The notes under the pieces were generated by a model that saw nothing but the letters and a program-made list of their open reading frames with translations, had not been told where the DNA came from and ran no database searches. Shown in pieces: positions 21,150 to 37,000 of a stretch of 64,000 nt of DNA (the first letter of the stretch is position 1; each line of letters starts with the position of its first letter). A program made the position numbers and the translations under genes. This DNA is from Hemiscyllium ocellatum (Eukaryota). Where the stretch lies: assembly GCF_020745735.1 (NCBI RefSeq), contig NC_083422.1:18910001-18974000 (forward strand). Direction: 5' to 3'.

Positions 21150-24100
21150 TCTCTTTGCAAACTGTTAAAAACTTTACGACTCTTACTGAAAACCTCAACA
21201 GGACATCTCATCTAAATTCAGGAGAATATTCTATACTTTTCCAAGCTCTCCTCAGAGTTGAAGTTCCGTATTTCTTGTTATATTGTGGTAAAGCTCCTCT
21301 AGTTCTATTCCAGTACATTTTACATCTTTCTTGAAGTGTGGTGCTTAGAATTATCCACAATTCCCCATTCAAGGCCTAGCCTGCCTTTTGTCAAGTTCTA
21401 GCATAATCTCCCTGCTTTTATATTTAATTCTTCTATTTATAAACCCAAGCAACCCACTTGCTATTTAACCACATTATCAGGTTGCCCTGCCACCTTTAAG
21501 GGTTTGTATATATTGACATCAGGTTTCTCTGTTCATCTACATTCCCCAAATAGTTCTGTTTATATTATACCGTCTTTTCCAGATTAATATTTCTAATGCA
21601 CATTGTTTCACACATCTCCACTGTTTCATCTGCAATGGATCTGCTTCACAAGTCTGACAGGCATCCTGTAGACTGCAACCACCCTCATCATTGTCTACTA
21701 TTTTGCAAAATTTCATATCAGCTGTTAACTTCATAAAGCTGCTCCCAGCACCTGAGTCTAGATTGTTTATTTAAAGTTAAAAGTGATAGACCCAAAATGA
21801 AACCTTAGAGAACATCACTGCAAACCACACTTCACTCTGATTCTGCAATCTTCCGTCTTCTTATGAAGCCTCTTGAGTTACATGTTTTTGAACACCTTCT
21901 AAAGGTCCAAATACAATACCCACTACAATACATTGACCACTTTTTGTATTTCATGAAAGAATTCAACCAATTGAATTTGATACAGTTTACCTTTACAAAA
22001 TCCATATTCTCTCTCTTTGATTAACACATCCTTTTCTAAATGAAAGTGTATGTAGATCCTGATATACTTTCCAGTAATTGTGCACCTCTGATATTGGGCT
22101 GACTTTTTTTATTCATTGAGATGTGATATGCTAGCATTTATTACCCACCCTAATTGCCTTGAGAAGGTGGTGGTGGGCTCCCTTATTGAACAACTGCACT
22201 CCCTGTGGTGTAAGAGCACCCACAGTGCTCTTGGTGGGAAGTTGAGTTGCAGGTCAGTGGCCTAATGATGGTGACAGAGCAGTAATATAGTTCAAAATCA
22301 GGGTGGTGAGTGGAACTATAACTGTTTGGCTGGCCTGTAAATTCCTGGCTTATCCCTCTCTCATTTCTTTAATAGTGGTGTAACATTAGCAACTTCCAGT
22401 GAGGATTGTAGGATTGAGGTCAATGCTTCAGTTACTTCTACTGTTGTTTCTTGAAGCAACTGAACAGGAATCCTATCCAGGCCAAGAGGTTATATTACAG
22501 CTTGCATTATTGTCAATTCTTTTAATGTGCTTTCTCTCAGTATTATTATCTAGTTCATAACCTGCCTTTTCTTTTTCAGTATAACTTTCACATCATCCAT
22601 TTTTCTTTGTATTATTGACTCCACATGAACATTTTTATTTGGGTATTTGATAGGTCCAGTTTTATACTTAGCTAACTGCCTACACTTCATGTGCTTGTGA
22701 AATGTTTCCGGCATTTTACTATTACCTACTAATCATTTATTTTTAGTCTCTTTGCCTCTGGGATTTTCACATTCACTCCTATAATTTTTATCTTCCTGGT
22801 TTTTAGCTACATCTTACTCCTAACATTTATATGTCTCTTGTTATAAGTCTCAATTTTTCGGTTTTAGTTTAACTTTTATTTCTTTTGTTATCAAGGGCTT
22901 GATGGATTTGAGTGCTCCAACTTTTCCCTTTAAGTGATTATGCCTGGTTTGTACCTTTAATTATCACTTTCCTGAATGCTCTCCATTTCTGTTTTACCCT
23001 GGAACCAGCTTTTTCTAGTCTTTTCTGAATCAACTGAAAGGGTGACTCCTTGAGCGACTGCCTGTGTGGATTTAGCACACATTCTCCCCGAGTTTGTGTG
23101 GGATTCCTCCGGGTGCTCTAGTTTCCTCCCACAATCCAAAAACGTGCAGGTGAGGTGAATTGGCCGTGCTAGATTGTCCATTGTGTTTAGGGATGTGTAG
23201 GTTAGGTGCATTAGCAAAGGGTAAGTGTAGACTAATGGGGAATGGGTTTGGGTGGGATACTCTGCAGCGGGTCGGTGTGGAATCGTTGGGCTGAAGGGCC
23301 TGTTTCCACACTGTTGGAATTCTATTCTATGATTCTATGACTCTTCCCCAATTGAGCAATTTTGGCTATTTTCTGGTCGGTCTCTGCAATTACTCTAAAC
23401 CAAATTATGTGGTCCTCGTGATTTGCCACATGATCCCCTTTTAACATGGTCCAGTTTCCCAGGAGCAGATTCAAGAACACTTCCCTGCCTGTTGGACTGA
23501 GGTATATTTATTAAGAAAGTTCTCTTGTAAGCATCTTAAAAATTTCCCAGTTCTCCAGTACATCTAGAGCAAGGGGCCAGTTACCACGATATCACCCCAC
23601 TGCATTCGTATTTCAGTAGAGACACAGCTAGTTCATCCTTTCCTGATTGACATTCCTGTGCATATTTTGTATCAGCCCTGTATAATGTCTCTGTACACAT
23701 GCTAGTGCCTCATTGTCCTTCACCTAAAAGGTTACACTGTGTATTAGTGTATTTTAACTGAGGTTTGATACAGCCTCAATGTAACTGTTTAGTATTTGGA
23801 TTCCTCTTTGCATGGCGTTGATAACTTGTGCCATGGATTTCAGTGATGACAGTTTTCAGCTCTGAGATCACTTCACTCTTCATTCTCACCTACACTCACA
23901 CCTTGAGTACATAAGAACCCACCATTTTGTCATCTCTCTCTACTTAAACAATACCCTGATTTTCTAGTCTGCCTATCAAAGTAGATCACCGTACATTTGC
24001 CCACATTATACTCAGTCTGCCAAGATTTTTGCCCATGTGTTTCTTTCACCTGGATCTTTTTGCCGACTCTTTATAGCCTGCTCTTCTATCTGTCTTTGTA

Positions 24101-24750
24101 TCATCAGCAACTTTGCCTGTAATATACAGGTATTCAGACCCTTCATCCGAATCATATCATACTCTCTCTCTCTCTTTCAGCTGAAGTTCAAGTAAAGCCC
24201 ATTTCATCGATACAGTACCTCCCTCTCCCTGTACTGGTGCCACCATTCCAGGAAAATGAAGCCCTCTATCCCTACACCAACTATTTTTGTTTTTGCCTGA
24301 TCCATCAGCCCTATGACAATTTGCACGTCATTATTGCATGCAATAATCCAAAGGTTATTATGCTCAACATCCTGCTTTTTATTTCAAGGTCTAACTCCTG
24401 ACGGTTTTTCAGCAGGTCCTCCTCCTCCCTATGTTGCCTTTTCACCTATAAATTGTGATGACTGAACTTAACCCCTTTCTGTCCAGGCTCCTCCCCCAGC
24501 TGCTAACCCTCTTCCTGGCTGGAGAGGAGGCTGTTTCCCCCTGGATTGAACAGTCCCCGAACACTGTGACATTTCCATTCCATTCTCTCCCTAACCAGAC
24601 CATACAACCAGCCTTGAGTCATGGTGCACTGCTCTCATTGTGACCATCCTCCTGGTGTTCCCACAATGGATCCTCACAGTGGCTACACTGTGTACCTGTT
24701 GTTCAGGACAAGTTTATGCAGGATATCCTTCTCAACCTCTCCTACATTTC
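21150..24750 (-). mobile_element. Patchwork of highly degraded CR1-type LINE remnants
   Basis: Scattered motifs such as ttcatatcagctg (ADMK) and aagtgtggtgcttagaatt (FWAPH-like), colinear with younger CR1 copies. Confidence 0.5.
23040..23341 (+). mobile_element. HE1-type SINE (5' truncated)
   Basis: gcgactgcctgtgtgg...gggcctgtttccacactg...attctatgattctatga. Confidence 0.8.
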
Positions 24751-25034
24751 CATTACCCTTGCTCCCTAACAGTCAGTACCACCCTTTCCTTAGCCTGTCT
24801 TTTCCTCAACTTTTTTTATATCTGGATAAAACTAAAGAGAGATTCCTCCACCCTCTGACGCTGTCAAAGCCTCAGAACTTGCCTTGCAGCACAATAACAA
24901 TGCATAACAATTATATCAATTTGAGTTTCTTCAGCAGATTCCCACAACCAGCTCTTGCTCACAGTCTACCTGCACTTGCTGTCCCCCTGTCCCCATCGCT
25001 ATCCCCATCTTTGTCCCTCTGCCTGGGCTCACCG

Positions 25035-28000
25035 TCAACTGTCCCCACTCACTGTAACCCCCGTTCCCACTCACCGTCCCCCGTCCCTACTCAGTGTCAC
25101 CCCCGTCCCCTCTCACTGTCTCCCCCGGCCCCACACACTGTCCCCCCCATCCCCACTCACTGTCACCCTGTCCCCATCACTGACCCCCGTCCCCACTCAC
25201 TGTCCCCCCCATCCCCACTCACTGTCTCCTCCGTCCCCACTCACTGACCACTGTCCCCACACACTGTCCCCCCCAGCCCCACTCACTGACCCCCGTCCCC
25301 ATCACTGACCCCCATCCCCACTCACTGTCCCCCCCGGCCCCACTCACTGATCCCCCCCGTCCCCACTCATTGTCCCCCCTATCACCACTCACTGTCCCCC
25401 CCATACCCGCTCACTGTCACCCCCCAACCCCAGTCACGGTCCCCCCCCCCGTCCACACTCACTGTCTCTCACTGTCCCCCCCTCGCCGTCCCCACTGACT
25501 GAACCCCATCCCCACCCACTTTTCCCCGTCGTCCCCACTCACTGTCCCCCCTGTCCCCCGTCCCCACTCACTGTCCCCCTGTCCCCACTCACTATCCCCC
25601 GTCCCCACTCATTGTCGCCCCCCGATCCTCACTCTCTGTCTCCCCCCCACCCTCCCTCACTGTCCCCCCCCCGTCCCCACTCACTGTCCTCCCATCCCCA
25701 CTCACTGTCCCCCCCGTCCGCACTCGCTACCCCCCGTCACCACTCACTGACTCCCTCATCCTCCCTCACTGTCCCCCCATCCCCATTCACTGTCCCACCG
25801 TCCCCACTCACTTTCCCCACCGTCCCCACTCACTGTCCCCCCCCCCCACCCCATCCCGACTCACTGTCCCCCTCATCCCCACTCATGGTCCCACCCGTCC
25901 CCACTCACTGTCCCCCTCATCCCCACTCGCTGTCCCTCCGTCCCCACTCACTGTCCCCCCCCTCCCCACTCGCTGTCCCCCCCGTCCCCACTCGCTGTCC
26001 CCCCCGACCCCACCCACTGTCTCCCCCCCATCCCCACTCACTGTCCCACCGTCCCCACTCACTGTCCCACCGTCCCCACTCACTTTCCCCCCATCCCCAC
26101 TCACTGTCCCCCCGTCCCCACTCACTGTCCCCCCCCGTCCCCACTCACTGTTCCCCCATGTCCCCACTCATTGTCCCCCCAAACCCACTCACTTTCCCCA
26201 CCGTCCCCACTCACTGTCCCACCGTCCCCACTCACTGTACACCCCCATCCCTGCTCACTGTCACCCCCCCATCCCCAGTCACGATCCCCACCCCCCCGTC
26301 CGCACTTACTGTCTCTCACTGTCCCCCACCCGCCGTCCCCACTGACTGAACCCCATCCCCACTCACTGTCCCCCTGTCCCCACCCACTTTTCCCCGTAGT
26401 CCCCACTCACTGTCCCCCACGTCCCCCCATCCCCACTCACTATCCCCCGATCCCCACTCACTGTCCCCCCCGTCCCCACTCACTTTCCCTCCTGTCCCCA
26501 CTCACTGTCCCCCGCATCCCCGCTCACTGTCCCTCCATCCCCACTCACTGTCCACTTGTCCCCACTCACGGTACACCCCGTCTGTACTCACTGTTCCCCC
26601 CCCCCCCCATCCCCACTCACTGTCCCTCCCGTCTGCCCTCACTGTCCCCTCCGTCCCCACTCACTGTCCCCCCGTCCCCATTGACTGAACCCCTCCGTCC
26701 CCACTCACTGTCACCCCATCCCCACTCGCTGTTCCCCCATCCCCACTCACTGTCGCCCCCATTCCCATTCACTGACCCCCACGTCCCCACTCACTGTCCA
26801 CCCTGTCCCCACTCACTTTTCCCCGTCGTCCCCACTCACGGTCCCCCCATCCCCACTCGCTGTCCCCCGTCGTCTCCACTCACGGTCCCCCCCCCGTCCC
26901 CACTCACTGTCCCCCCCCATCCTCACTCACAGACCACCCACGTCCCCACTCGCTGTCTCCCCGATCCCCACTCACTGTCCCCCCCCCCGTCCCCACTCAC
27001 TGTCCCCCCCATCCTCACTCACAGACCACCCACGTCCCCACTCGCTATCCCCCCGTCCCCACTCCCTGTCCCCCCGTCCACACTCACTGTCCCACCCCGT
27101 CCCCACTCACTGTCCCCCCATCCCCATTCACTGTCACCTCCCCCATCCCCAGTCTCTGTCCCCCCCTCCCCACTCATGGTCCCCCCTGTCCACACTCACT
27201 GTCCCCCACTATCCCCCCCCCCAGCCCCAATCACTGTCCCCCGTCCTTACTGACTGAACCCCTCCATCCCCACTCACTATCCCCTCATTCCCCACTCACT
27301 GTCTCCCCTGTCCCCACTCACTGTCCCCCCATGCCCACTCACTGTCCCCCCATTCCCCATTCACTGTCCCCCCCTCCCCACTCACTGTCCCCCCCCTCCC
27401 CACTCACTGTCCCCTCCCGTCCCCTCTCCCTGTCCCCCCGTCCCCACTCACTTCTCCCCGTCGTCCCCACTCACTGTCCTCACCGTCCCCACTCACTGTC
27501 CCCCCCCGACCCCACTCACTGTCCCCCCGTCCCAACTGACTGAACCCCTCCATCCCCACTGACTGTCCACCCGTCCCCACTCACTGTCCACCCTGTCCCC
27601 ACTCACTGTCCACCCTGTCCCCACTCATGGTCCCCCCGTCCCCACTCACGGTCCCCCCCTCTCCACTCACGGTCCCCACCTCTCCACTCACGGTCCCCAT
27701 CATCCCCACTCACAGTCCCCCCCCCCCAACCCCCGTCCCCACTCGCTGTCTCCCCCATCCCAACTCATGGTCCCCTCAATTCCCACTCTCAGTCCCCCCG
27801 TCCCCATTCACTGTCCACCTGTCCCCACTCACGGTCCCCCTCATCCCCGCTCACAGATCCCCCCCATCCGCACTCACTGTCCCCCACTGTCCCCCACCCC
27901 CGGCCCCACTCACTGCCCCCCCGTCCCCACTCGCTGTTCCCCCCCCCCCGTCCCCACTGATTGTACCCCTCTGTCCCCACTCACTGACCCCTCCGTCCCC

Positions 28001-31000
28001 ACTCACTGACCCCCCCCGTCCCCACTCACGTGCACCCCCATCCCCACTCTCAGTCCCCCTGTCCCCATTCACTATCCACCTGTCCCCACTCACGGTCCCC
28101 CTCATCCCCACTCACTGTCCCTCCGTACCCACTCACGGAACCCCCCGTCTGCACTCACTGCCCCCCCGTTCCCCCTCACTGTCCCCCCCGTTCCCCCTCA
28201 CTGTCCCCCCCGTCCCCACTCACTGTCGACCCCATTCCCACTCACGGAACCCCCCATCAGCATTCACTGTCCCCTCCGTCCTCACTCACTGTCCCCCCCG
28301 ACCCCACTCGCTGTTCCCCCGTCCCAACTGACTGTACCCCTCTGGCCCCATTCACTGTCCACCTGTTCCCACTCACGGTCCCCCTCATCCCCGCTCACAG
28401 TCCCCCCCCATCCGCACTCACGGTCCCCCCCAGGCCGCACTCACGGTCCCCCTCTGTCCCCACTGACTGAACCTCTCCGTTCCCACTCACTGTCAACCCC
28501 ATTCCCACTCACGGTCCCCCTCATCCCCACTCACGGTCGTCCCCCCCCACCACCCCCCCCCACTCGCTGTCTCCCCCATCCCAACTCATGGTCCCCACGG
28601 TCACCACTCACTGTCCCCTCCATCCCCACTCTCAGTCCCCCCGTCCCCATTCACTGGCCACCTGTTCCCACTCACGGTCCCCCTCATCCCCGCTCACAGT
28701 CCCCCCCCCCCCATCCGCACTCACGGTCTCCCCCCGTCCCCACTCACTGTCCCCCCCCATCCTCACTCACAGACCACCCACGTCCCCACTCGCTATCCCC
28801 CCATCCCCACTCCCCGTCCCCCCGTCCACACTCACTGTCCCACCCCGTCCCTACTCACTGTCCCCCCATCCCCATTCACTGTCACCTCCCCCATCCCCAG
28901 TCTCTGTCCCCCCCTCCCCACTCATGGTCCCCCCTGTCCGCACTCACGGTCCCCCACTATCCCCCCCCGGCCCCAATCACTGTCCCCCGTCCTTACTGAC
29001 TGAACCCCTCCATCCCCACTCACTATCCCCTCATTCCCCACTCACTGTCTCCCCTGTCCCCACTCACTGTCCCCCCATGCCCACTCACTGTCCCCCCATT
29101 CCCCATTCACCATCCCCCCCTCCCCACTCACTGTCCCCCCCGTCCCCTCTCCCTGTCCCCCCCGTCCCCACTCACTTCTCCCCGTCGTCCCCACTCACTG
29201 TCCTCACCGTCCCCACTCACTGTACCCCCCGTCCCCACTCACTGTCCCCCCCGACCCCACTCACTGTCCCCCCCGTCCCCACTCACTGTCCCCCCCCGAC
29301 CCCACTCACTGTCCCCCCCGACCCCACTCACTGTCCCCCCGTCCCAACTGACTGAACCCCTCCATCCCCACTGACTATCCCCGCATCCCCACTCACTGTC
29401 CACCCTGTCCCCACTCACTGTCCACCTGTCCCCACTCATGGTCCCCCCCGTCCCCACTCGCTGTCTCCCCCATCCCAACTCATGGTCCCCACCGTCACCA
29501 CTCACTGTCCCCTCCATCCCCACTCTCAGTCCCCCCGTCCCCACTCACGGTCCCCCTCATCCCCGCTCACAGTCCCCCCCCCATCTGCACTCACGGTCCC
29601 CCCCAGGCCGCACTCACTGTCCCCCACTGTCCCCCACCCCCGGCCCCACTCACTGTCCCCCTCCGTCCCCACTCGCTGTCTCCCCCCGTCCCCACTCACT
29701 GTTCCCCCGTCCCAACTGACTGTACCCTCCCGTCCGCACTCACTGTCCCCCACTGTCCCCCCCCCCAGCCCCACTCTCAGTCCCCCCGTCCCCACTCACG
29801 GTCCCCCTCATCCCCGCTCACAGTCCCCCCCCCATCTGCACTCACGGTCCCCCCCAGGCCGCACTCACTGTCCCCCACTGTCCCCCACCCCCGGCCCCAC
29901 TCACTGTCCCCCCCGTCCCCACTCGCTGTCTCCCCCCGTCCCCACTCACTGTTCCCCCGTCCCAACTGACTGTACCCTCCCGTCCGCACTCACTGTCCCC
30001 CCCCCCAGCCCCACTCACGGTCCCCCGTCCTCACTCACAGACCACCCAAGTCCCCACCCACTGTCTCCCCGATCCCCACTCATGGTCTGCCCCGTCCCCA
30101 CTCACTGTCCCCTCCATTCCCACTCACAGTCCCCCTCATCCGCACTCACTGTCCCCCACTGTCCCCCACCCCCGGCCCCACTCACTGTCCCCCCGTCCCC
30201 ACTCGCTGTTCCTCCGTCCCAACTGACTGAACCCCTCCGTCCCCACTCACTGTCACCCCAGTTCCGCCTCACTGATCCCCCCCCCCCCCCGTCCCCACTG
30301 ACTGTACCCCTCTGTCCCCACTCACTGTCCACCTGTCCCTACTCACGGTCACTCCCATCCCCACTCACTGTCCCCCCCATCCCCACTCTCAGTCCCCCCA
30401 TCCCCATTCACTATCCACCTGTCCCCACTCACGGTCCCCCTTGTCCCCGCTCACTGTCTGCCCCCCCCCACCCGTCCCCACTCACTGTCCCTCCGTCCCC
30501 ACTCACAGAACACCCCGTCTGCCCTCACTGTCCCCCCCCCCGTCCCCACTCACTGTTCCCCCCTCCCAACTGACTGAACCCCTCTGTCCCCACTCACTGT
30601 CACCCCCGTTACCACTCACTGTTCCCCCCGTCCCCACTGACTGAACCCCTCTGTCCCCACTCACTGTCTCCCCCGTCCCCACTCACTGTCTCCCCCGTCC
30701 CCACTCACTGTTCCCCCGTCCCCACTGACTGAACCTCTCCGTCCCCACTCACTGTCGACCCCATTCCCACTCACGGTCCCCCTCATCCCCACACAGTCCC
30801 CCCCACCCCCCGTCCCCACTCGCTGTCTCCCCCATCCCAACTCATGGTCCCCCCCGTCCACACTCACTGTCCCCTCCATCCCCACTCTCAGTCCACCCCG
30901 TCCCCACTCACTGTCCCCTCTGTCCCCACTCACTGTCGACCCCATTCCCACTCACGGTCCCCCCCCTCTGCCCTCACTGACCCCCCTGTCCCCACTCACT

Positions 31001-34000
31001 GTTCCCCATCCCAACTGACTGAACCCCTCCGTCCCCACTCACTGTCACCCCCGTCCCCACTCACTGTTCCCCCGTCCCCACTGACTGAACCCCTCCGTCC
31101 CCACTCACTGACCCCTCCGTCCCCACTCACTGACCCCCCCCGTCCCCACTCACGTGCACCCCCATCCCCACTCTCAGTCCCCCTGTCCCCATTCACTATC
31201 CACCTGTCCCCACTCACGGTCCCCCTCATCCCCACTCACTGTCCCTCCGTACCCACTCACGGAACCCCCCGTCTGCACTCACTGCCCCCCCCGTCCCCAC
31301 TCACTGCCCCCCCGTCCCCACTCACTGCCCCCCCGTCCCCACTCACTGTCCCCCCCAGTCCCCACTCACTGTCCCCCCCAGTCCCCACTCACTGTCGACC
31401 CCATTCCCACTCACGGAACCCCCCGTCAGCACTCACTGTCCCCTCCGTCCTCACTCACTGTCCCCCCCCGACCCCACTCGCTGTTCCCCCGTCTCCACTC
31501 GCTGTCCCCTCCATCCCCACTCTCAGTCCCCCCATCCCCATGCACTGTCCACCTGACCCCACTCACGGTCCCCCTCATCCCCACTCACGGTCCCCCATCC
31601 CCGGCCCCACTCACTGTACCTCCGTCCCCACTCACTGTCCCCGCGTTCCCACTCACTGTCCCCGCGTTCCCACTCACTGACCCCACCCCGTCGCCACTGT
31701 CTGTACCCCACCGTCCCCACTAACTGTCCCCCCGTCCCCACTCACTGACCCCCCCCGTCGCCACTGTCTGTCCCCCCGTCCCCACTCACTGTCCCCCCCG
31801 TTCCCACTCACTGACCCCCCCCCGTCGCCACTGTCTGTACCCCACCGTCCCCAATAACTGTCCCCCCGTCCCCACTCACTGTCCCCACGTTCCCACTCAC
31901 TGTCCCCCCCCCGTCGCCACTGTCTGTACCCCACCGTCCCCAATAACTGTCCCCCCGTCCCCACTCACTGTCCCCCCGTTCCCACTCACTGACCCCCCCC
32001 CGTCGCCACTGTCTGTACCCCACCGTCCCCAATAACTGTCCCCTCGTCCCCACTCACTGTCCCCCCGTTCCCACTCACTGTCCCCCCCCCGTCGCCACTG
32101 TCTGTACCCCACCGTCCCCACTAACTGTCCTCCCGTCCCCACTCACTGTTCCCCCATCCCCACTCACTGTCGACCCCATTCCCACTCACTGTCCCCCTCG
32201 ACCCCACTCGCTGTTCCCCCGTCCCCACTGACTGTTCCCCCGTCCCCACTGACTGAACCTCTCCGTCCCCACTCACTGTCACCCCTGTTCCCACTCACTG
32301 TCGCCCCCCCCGTCCCCACTGTCTGTACCCCTCCGTCCCCACTGTCTGTCCCCCCATTCCCACTCTGTCCTCCCATCCCCATTCACTGTCACCTCCCCTG
32401 TCCCCACTCACTGTCCCCCACTGTCCCCACTCACTGTCCCCCACTCACTGTCCCCCCATTTCCCCACTCACTGTCCCCCACTGTCCCCACTCACTGTCCC
32501 CCCATTTCCCCACTCACTGTCCCCCACTGTCCCCACTCACTGTCCCCCACTGTCCCCACTCACTGTCCCCCCATTTCCCCACTCACTGTCCCCCACTGTC
32601 CCCACTCACTGTCCCCCCATTTCCCCACTCACTTTCCCCCCCCATGCCCACTCACTGTCCCCCCCTTCCCCATTCACGGACACCCCTGTCCCCACTCACT
32701 ATTCCCCCGTCCCCACCCACAGTCCCACCCCGTCCCCATTCACTGTCCCCACTCACTGTCCCCCCTTCCCCACTCACTGCCCCCCCCGTCCTCACTCACT
32801 TGCCCCCCCCGTCCCCACTCACTATCTCCCCCCCGTCCCCACTCACTATCTCCCCCCCGTCCCCACTCACTGTCCCCCCCCCGTCCCCACTCACTATCTC
32901 CCCCCCGTCCCCACTCACTGTCCCCCCCTTCCCCACTTACTGCCCCCCGTCCCCAGTGACTGAACCCCTCCGTCCTCACTAACTGTCCCCCCGTCCCCAC
33001 TCACTACTCCTCCCCCGTCCCCACTCACTATCCCCCCCGTCCCCACTCACTGTCCCCCCGTCCCCAGTGACTGAACCCCTCCGTCCTCACTCACTTTCAC
33101 CCCCCTGTCCCCACTTACTGCCCCCCCGTCCCCACTCACTGTCCCCCTGTCCCCACTCACGGTCGCCCTCATCCCCGCTCACTGTCCCCCCCACCCACCC
33201 CGTCTCCACTCACTGCCCCCCCGTCTCCACTCACTGTCCCCCCGTCTCCACTCACTGTTCCCCCGTCCCAACTGACTGAACCCCTCCGTCCCCACTCACT
33301 GTCCCCCCCGTCCCCACTCACTGTCCCCCCTGTCCCCACTCACTTTTCCCTGTCGTCCCCACTCACTGTCCCCCCGACCCCACTCACTGACCCCCCCCCC
33401 GTCCCCACTCACTGTCCACCCTGTCCCCACTCACTTTTCCCCGTCGTCCCCACTCATGATCCCCCCCATCCCACTCACTGTCCCCCCGTCTCCACTCACG
33501 GTCCCCCCCAACCCCACTCACAGTACCCACCCGTCCCCACTCGCTGTCCCCCCCATCCCCACTCACGGTCCCCCCCATCCTCAGTCATGGACCCCCCGTC
33601 CCCACTCTTAGTCCCCCCGTCCCCATTCACTATCCACCTGTCCCCACTCACGGTCGCCCTCATCCCCGCTCACTGTACCCCCCGTCCCCACTCACTGTAC
33701 CCCCCGTCCGCACTCACGGTCCCCCACTGTCCCCCACCCCCGGCCCCACTTACTGTACCACCGTCCTCACTCACTGTCCCTCCGTCCCCACTCACTGTCC
33801 CCCCCGTCCCCACTCACTGTCCCCCCCGTCCCCACTCACTGTCCCTCCGTCCCCACTCACTGTCCCCCCGTCCCCACTCACTGTCCCCCCCGTCCCCACT
33901 CACTGTCCCCCCCCGTCCCCACTCACTGTCCCCTCCGTCCCCACTCACTGTCCCCCCGTCCCCACTCACTGTCCCCCCCCGTCCCCACTCACTGTCCCCC

Positions 34001-37000
34001 CCCGTCCCCACTCACTGTCCCCGCCGTCCCCACTCACTGTCCCCCCCGTCCCCACTCACTGTCCCCCCCGTCCCCACTCACTGTCGGCCCCCTGTCCCCA
34101 CTCACTGTCCACCTGTCCCCACTCACGGTCACCCCCACCCCATTCACTGTCCCCTCCGTCCCCACTCTCAGTCCCCCCGTCCCCAGTCACTGTCCACCTG
34201 TCCCCACTCACAGTCCCCCTCATCCCCACTCACTGTCCCCCCCCCCGCCTGCACTCACTGCTCACCACCACCGTCCCCACTCACTGTCGCTCCGTCCCCA
34301 CTCACTGTCCCCCCCACCCCCACCCCTCCATCCCTACTCACTGTCCCTCAGTCCCCACTCACGGACCCCCCGTCCCCACTCACTGCCCCCCCTGTCCCCA
34401 CTCACTGCCCCCCCCACCGTCCCCACTCTCCGTCCCCCCGTCCCCATTCACTATCCACCTGTCCCCACTCACGGTCCCCCTCATCCCCGCTCACTGTCCC
34501 CCCCTCCCATCCGCACTCACGGTCCCCCCCAGGCCGCACTCACTGTCCCCCACCCCCAGCCCCACTTACTGTACCTCCGTCCCCACTCACTGTCACCCCC
34601 GTCCCCACTCACTGTCACCCCCGGCCCCACTCACTGTCCCACCGTCTCCACTCACTGTCGGCCCCCTGTTCCCACTCACGGTCACCCCCACCCCACTCTC
34701 CGTCCCCCCGTCCCCAGTCACTGTCCACCTGTTCCCACTCACGGTTCCCCTCATCCCCGCTCACTGTCCCACCCACCCCCCGTCTGCACTCACTGCTTCC
34801 CCCCACCGTCCCCACTCACTGTCCCCCCGTCCTCACTCACTGTTCCCCCGTCCCAACTGAATGAACCCCTCCATCCCTGCTCACTGTCCCCTGTCCCCAC
34901 ACACTGTCCGCCCCGTCCCCACTCGCCATCCCACTGTCCCCACTCACAGTCCCACCGTCCCTACTCACTGTTCCCCCTCTGTCCCCACTCACTTTCACCC
35001 CCTCCCCACTCACTGTCCCCTCCGTCCCCATTCTCAGTCCCTCCACCCCCATTCACTGTCCACCTGTCCCCACTCACGGTCCCCCTCATCCCCGCTCACT
35101 GTCCCCCCCCCCCCCCCCCCCATCCGCACTCACGGTCCCCCCCAGGCCGCACTCACTGTCCCCCACTGTCCCCCACCCCCAGCCCCTACTCACTGTCCCT
35201 CCGTCCCCACTCACTGTCACCCCCGTTCCCATTCACTTTCCCCCCCCGTCCCCACTCACTGTCCCACCGTCTCCACTCACTGTCGGCCCCCTGTCCCCAC
35301 TCACTGTCCCTCTGTCCCCAATCACGGTCACCCCCACCCCACTCACTGTCCCCTCCGTCCCCACTCTCAGTCCACCTGTCCCCACTCACGGTCCCCCTCA
35401 TCCCCGCTCACTGTCCCCCCCACCCACCCCGTCTGCACTCACTGCTCCCCACTCACTGTCCCCCCTGTCCCCACTCACTTTTCCCCGTCGTCCCCACTCA
35501 CTGTCCCCCCGACCCCACTCACTGTCCCCCCTGTCCCCACTCACTGTCACCCCATCTCCACTCACGGTCCCCCCATCCCCACTCACAGTCCCCCCCGTCC
35601 CCACTCGCTGTCTCCCCCATCCCCACTCATGGTCCCCCTCATCCCCATTCACTGTCACCCCCGGTCCCACTCACTGTCCCACCCCATCCCCACTCACTTT
35701 CACCTCCCTCCCCACTCACGGTCCCACCCATCCCCACTGACTGAACTCTCCGTCCCCAATCACCGTCCCTACTGTCCCCACTCGCTGTCCCACTGTCCCC
35801 ACTCGCTGTCCACCTGTCCCCACTCACGGTCCCACTCATCCCCACTCACTGTCGCCCCCCCATCCACACTCACGGTCCCCCACTGTCTCCCCCACCCCGT
35901 CCCCACTCACTGTCCCCCCGTCCCCACTCACTGTCCCCCACCCCGTCTGCCCTCACTGTCCCCTCCGTCCTCACTCACTGTCCCCCCCCGTCCCCACTCA
36001 CTGTCCCACCCCATCCCCACTCACTGTCCCACCCCATCCCCACTCACTTTCACCCCCCTCCCCACTCACTCTCCTCCTGTCCCCACTCACGGCCACCCCC
36101 ATTCCCACTCACTGTCCCCCCTGTCCCCACTCACTGTCCCCTCCGTCCCCATTCTCAGTCCCCCGACCCCATTCACTGTCCATCTGTCCCCACTCACGGT
36201 CCCCCTCATCCCAGCTCACTGCTCCCCCACATCCCCACTCACGGTCCCCCCCCGTCCGCACTCTCTGTCCCCCATTGTCCCTCCCCCGTCCCCACTGACT
36301 GTCCCGCCCGTCCCCACTCACTGTTCCCCAGTCTCCACTGACTTAATCCCTCCGTCCCCACTCACTGTCACCCCCGTCCCCACTCACTGTTGACCCTGTC
36401 CCCACTCTCAGTCCTCTCATCCCCATTCACTATCCACCTGTCCCCACTCACGGTTGCCCTCATCCCCGCTCACTGTCCCAACCCACATCCGCACTCACGG
36501 TCCCCTACTGTTCCCCACCACCGGCCCCACTCAGTGTACCTCCGTTGCCACTCACTGTCCCTCCGTCCCCATTCACTGTCCCCCCCCGTCCCCACTCACT
36601 GTTCCCCCGTCCCAACTGACTGAACCCCTCCGTTCCCACTCACTGTCCCCCCCGTCCCCACTCACTTTCTCCCCCATTCCCACTCACTGACCCCCCTGTC
36701 CCCACTCCCTGTCCACCCTGTCCCCACTCACTTTTCCCCGTTTTCCCCACTCACTGTCCACCCCGTCCTCACTCATTGTCCCCCCCCCCCGTCCCCACTC
36801 ACGGTCCCCCCCCCCCCGTCCCCACTCACTGTCCCCCCCGTCCCCACTCGCTGTCCCCCCCGTCCCCACTCAATGTCGTCTCGGTCCCCACTCAATGTCG
36901 TCTCGGTCCCCACTCATTTCCCCCCCCCCCCGGTCCACACTCACTGTCCCCACTCACTGTCCCCCCATCCCCAATCATTTAGCCCCCCCCGTCCCCACTC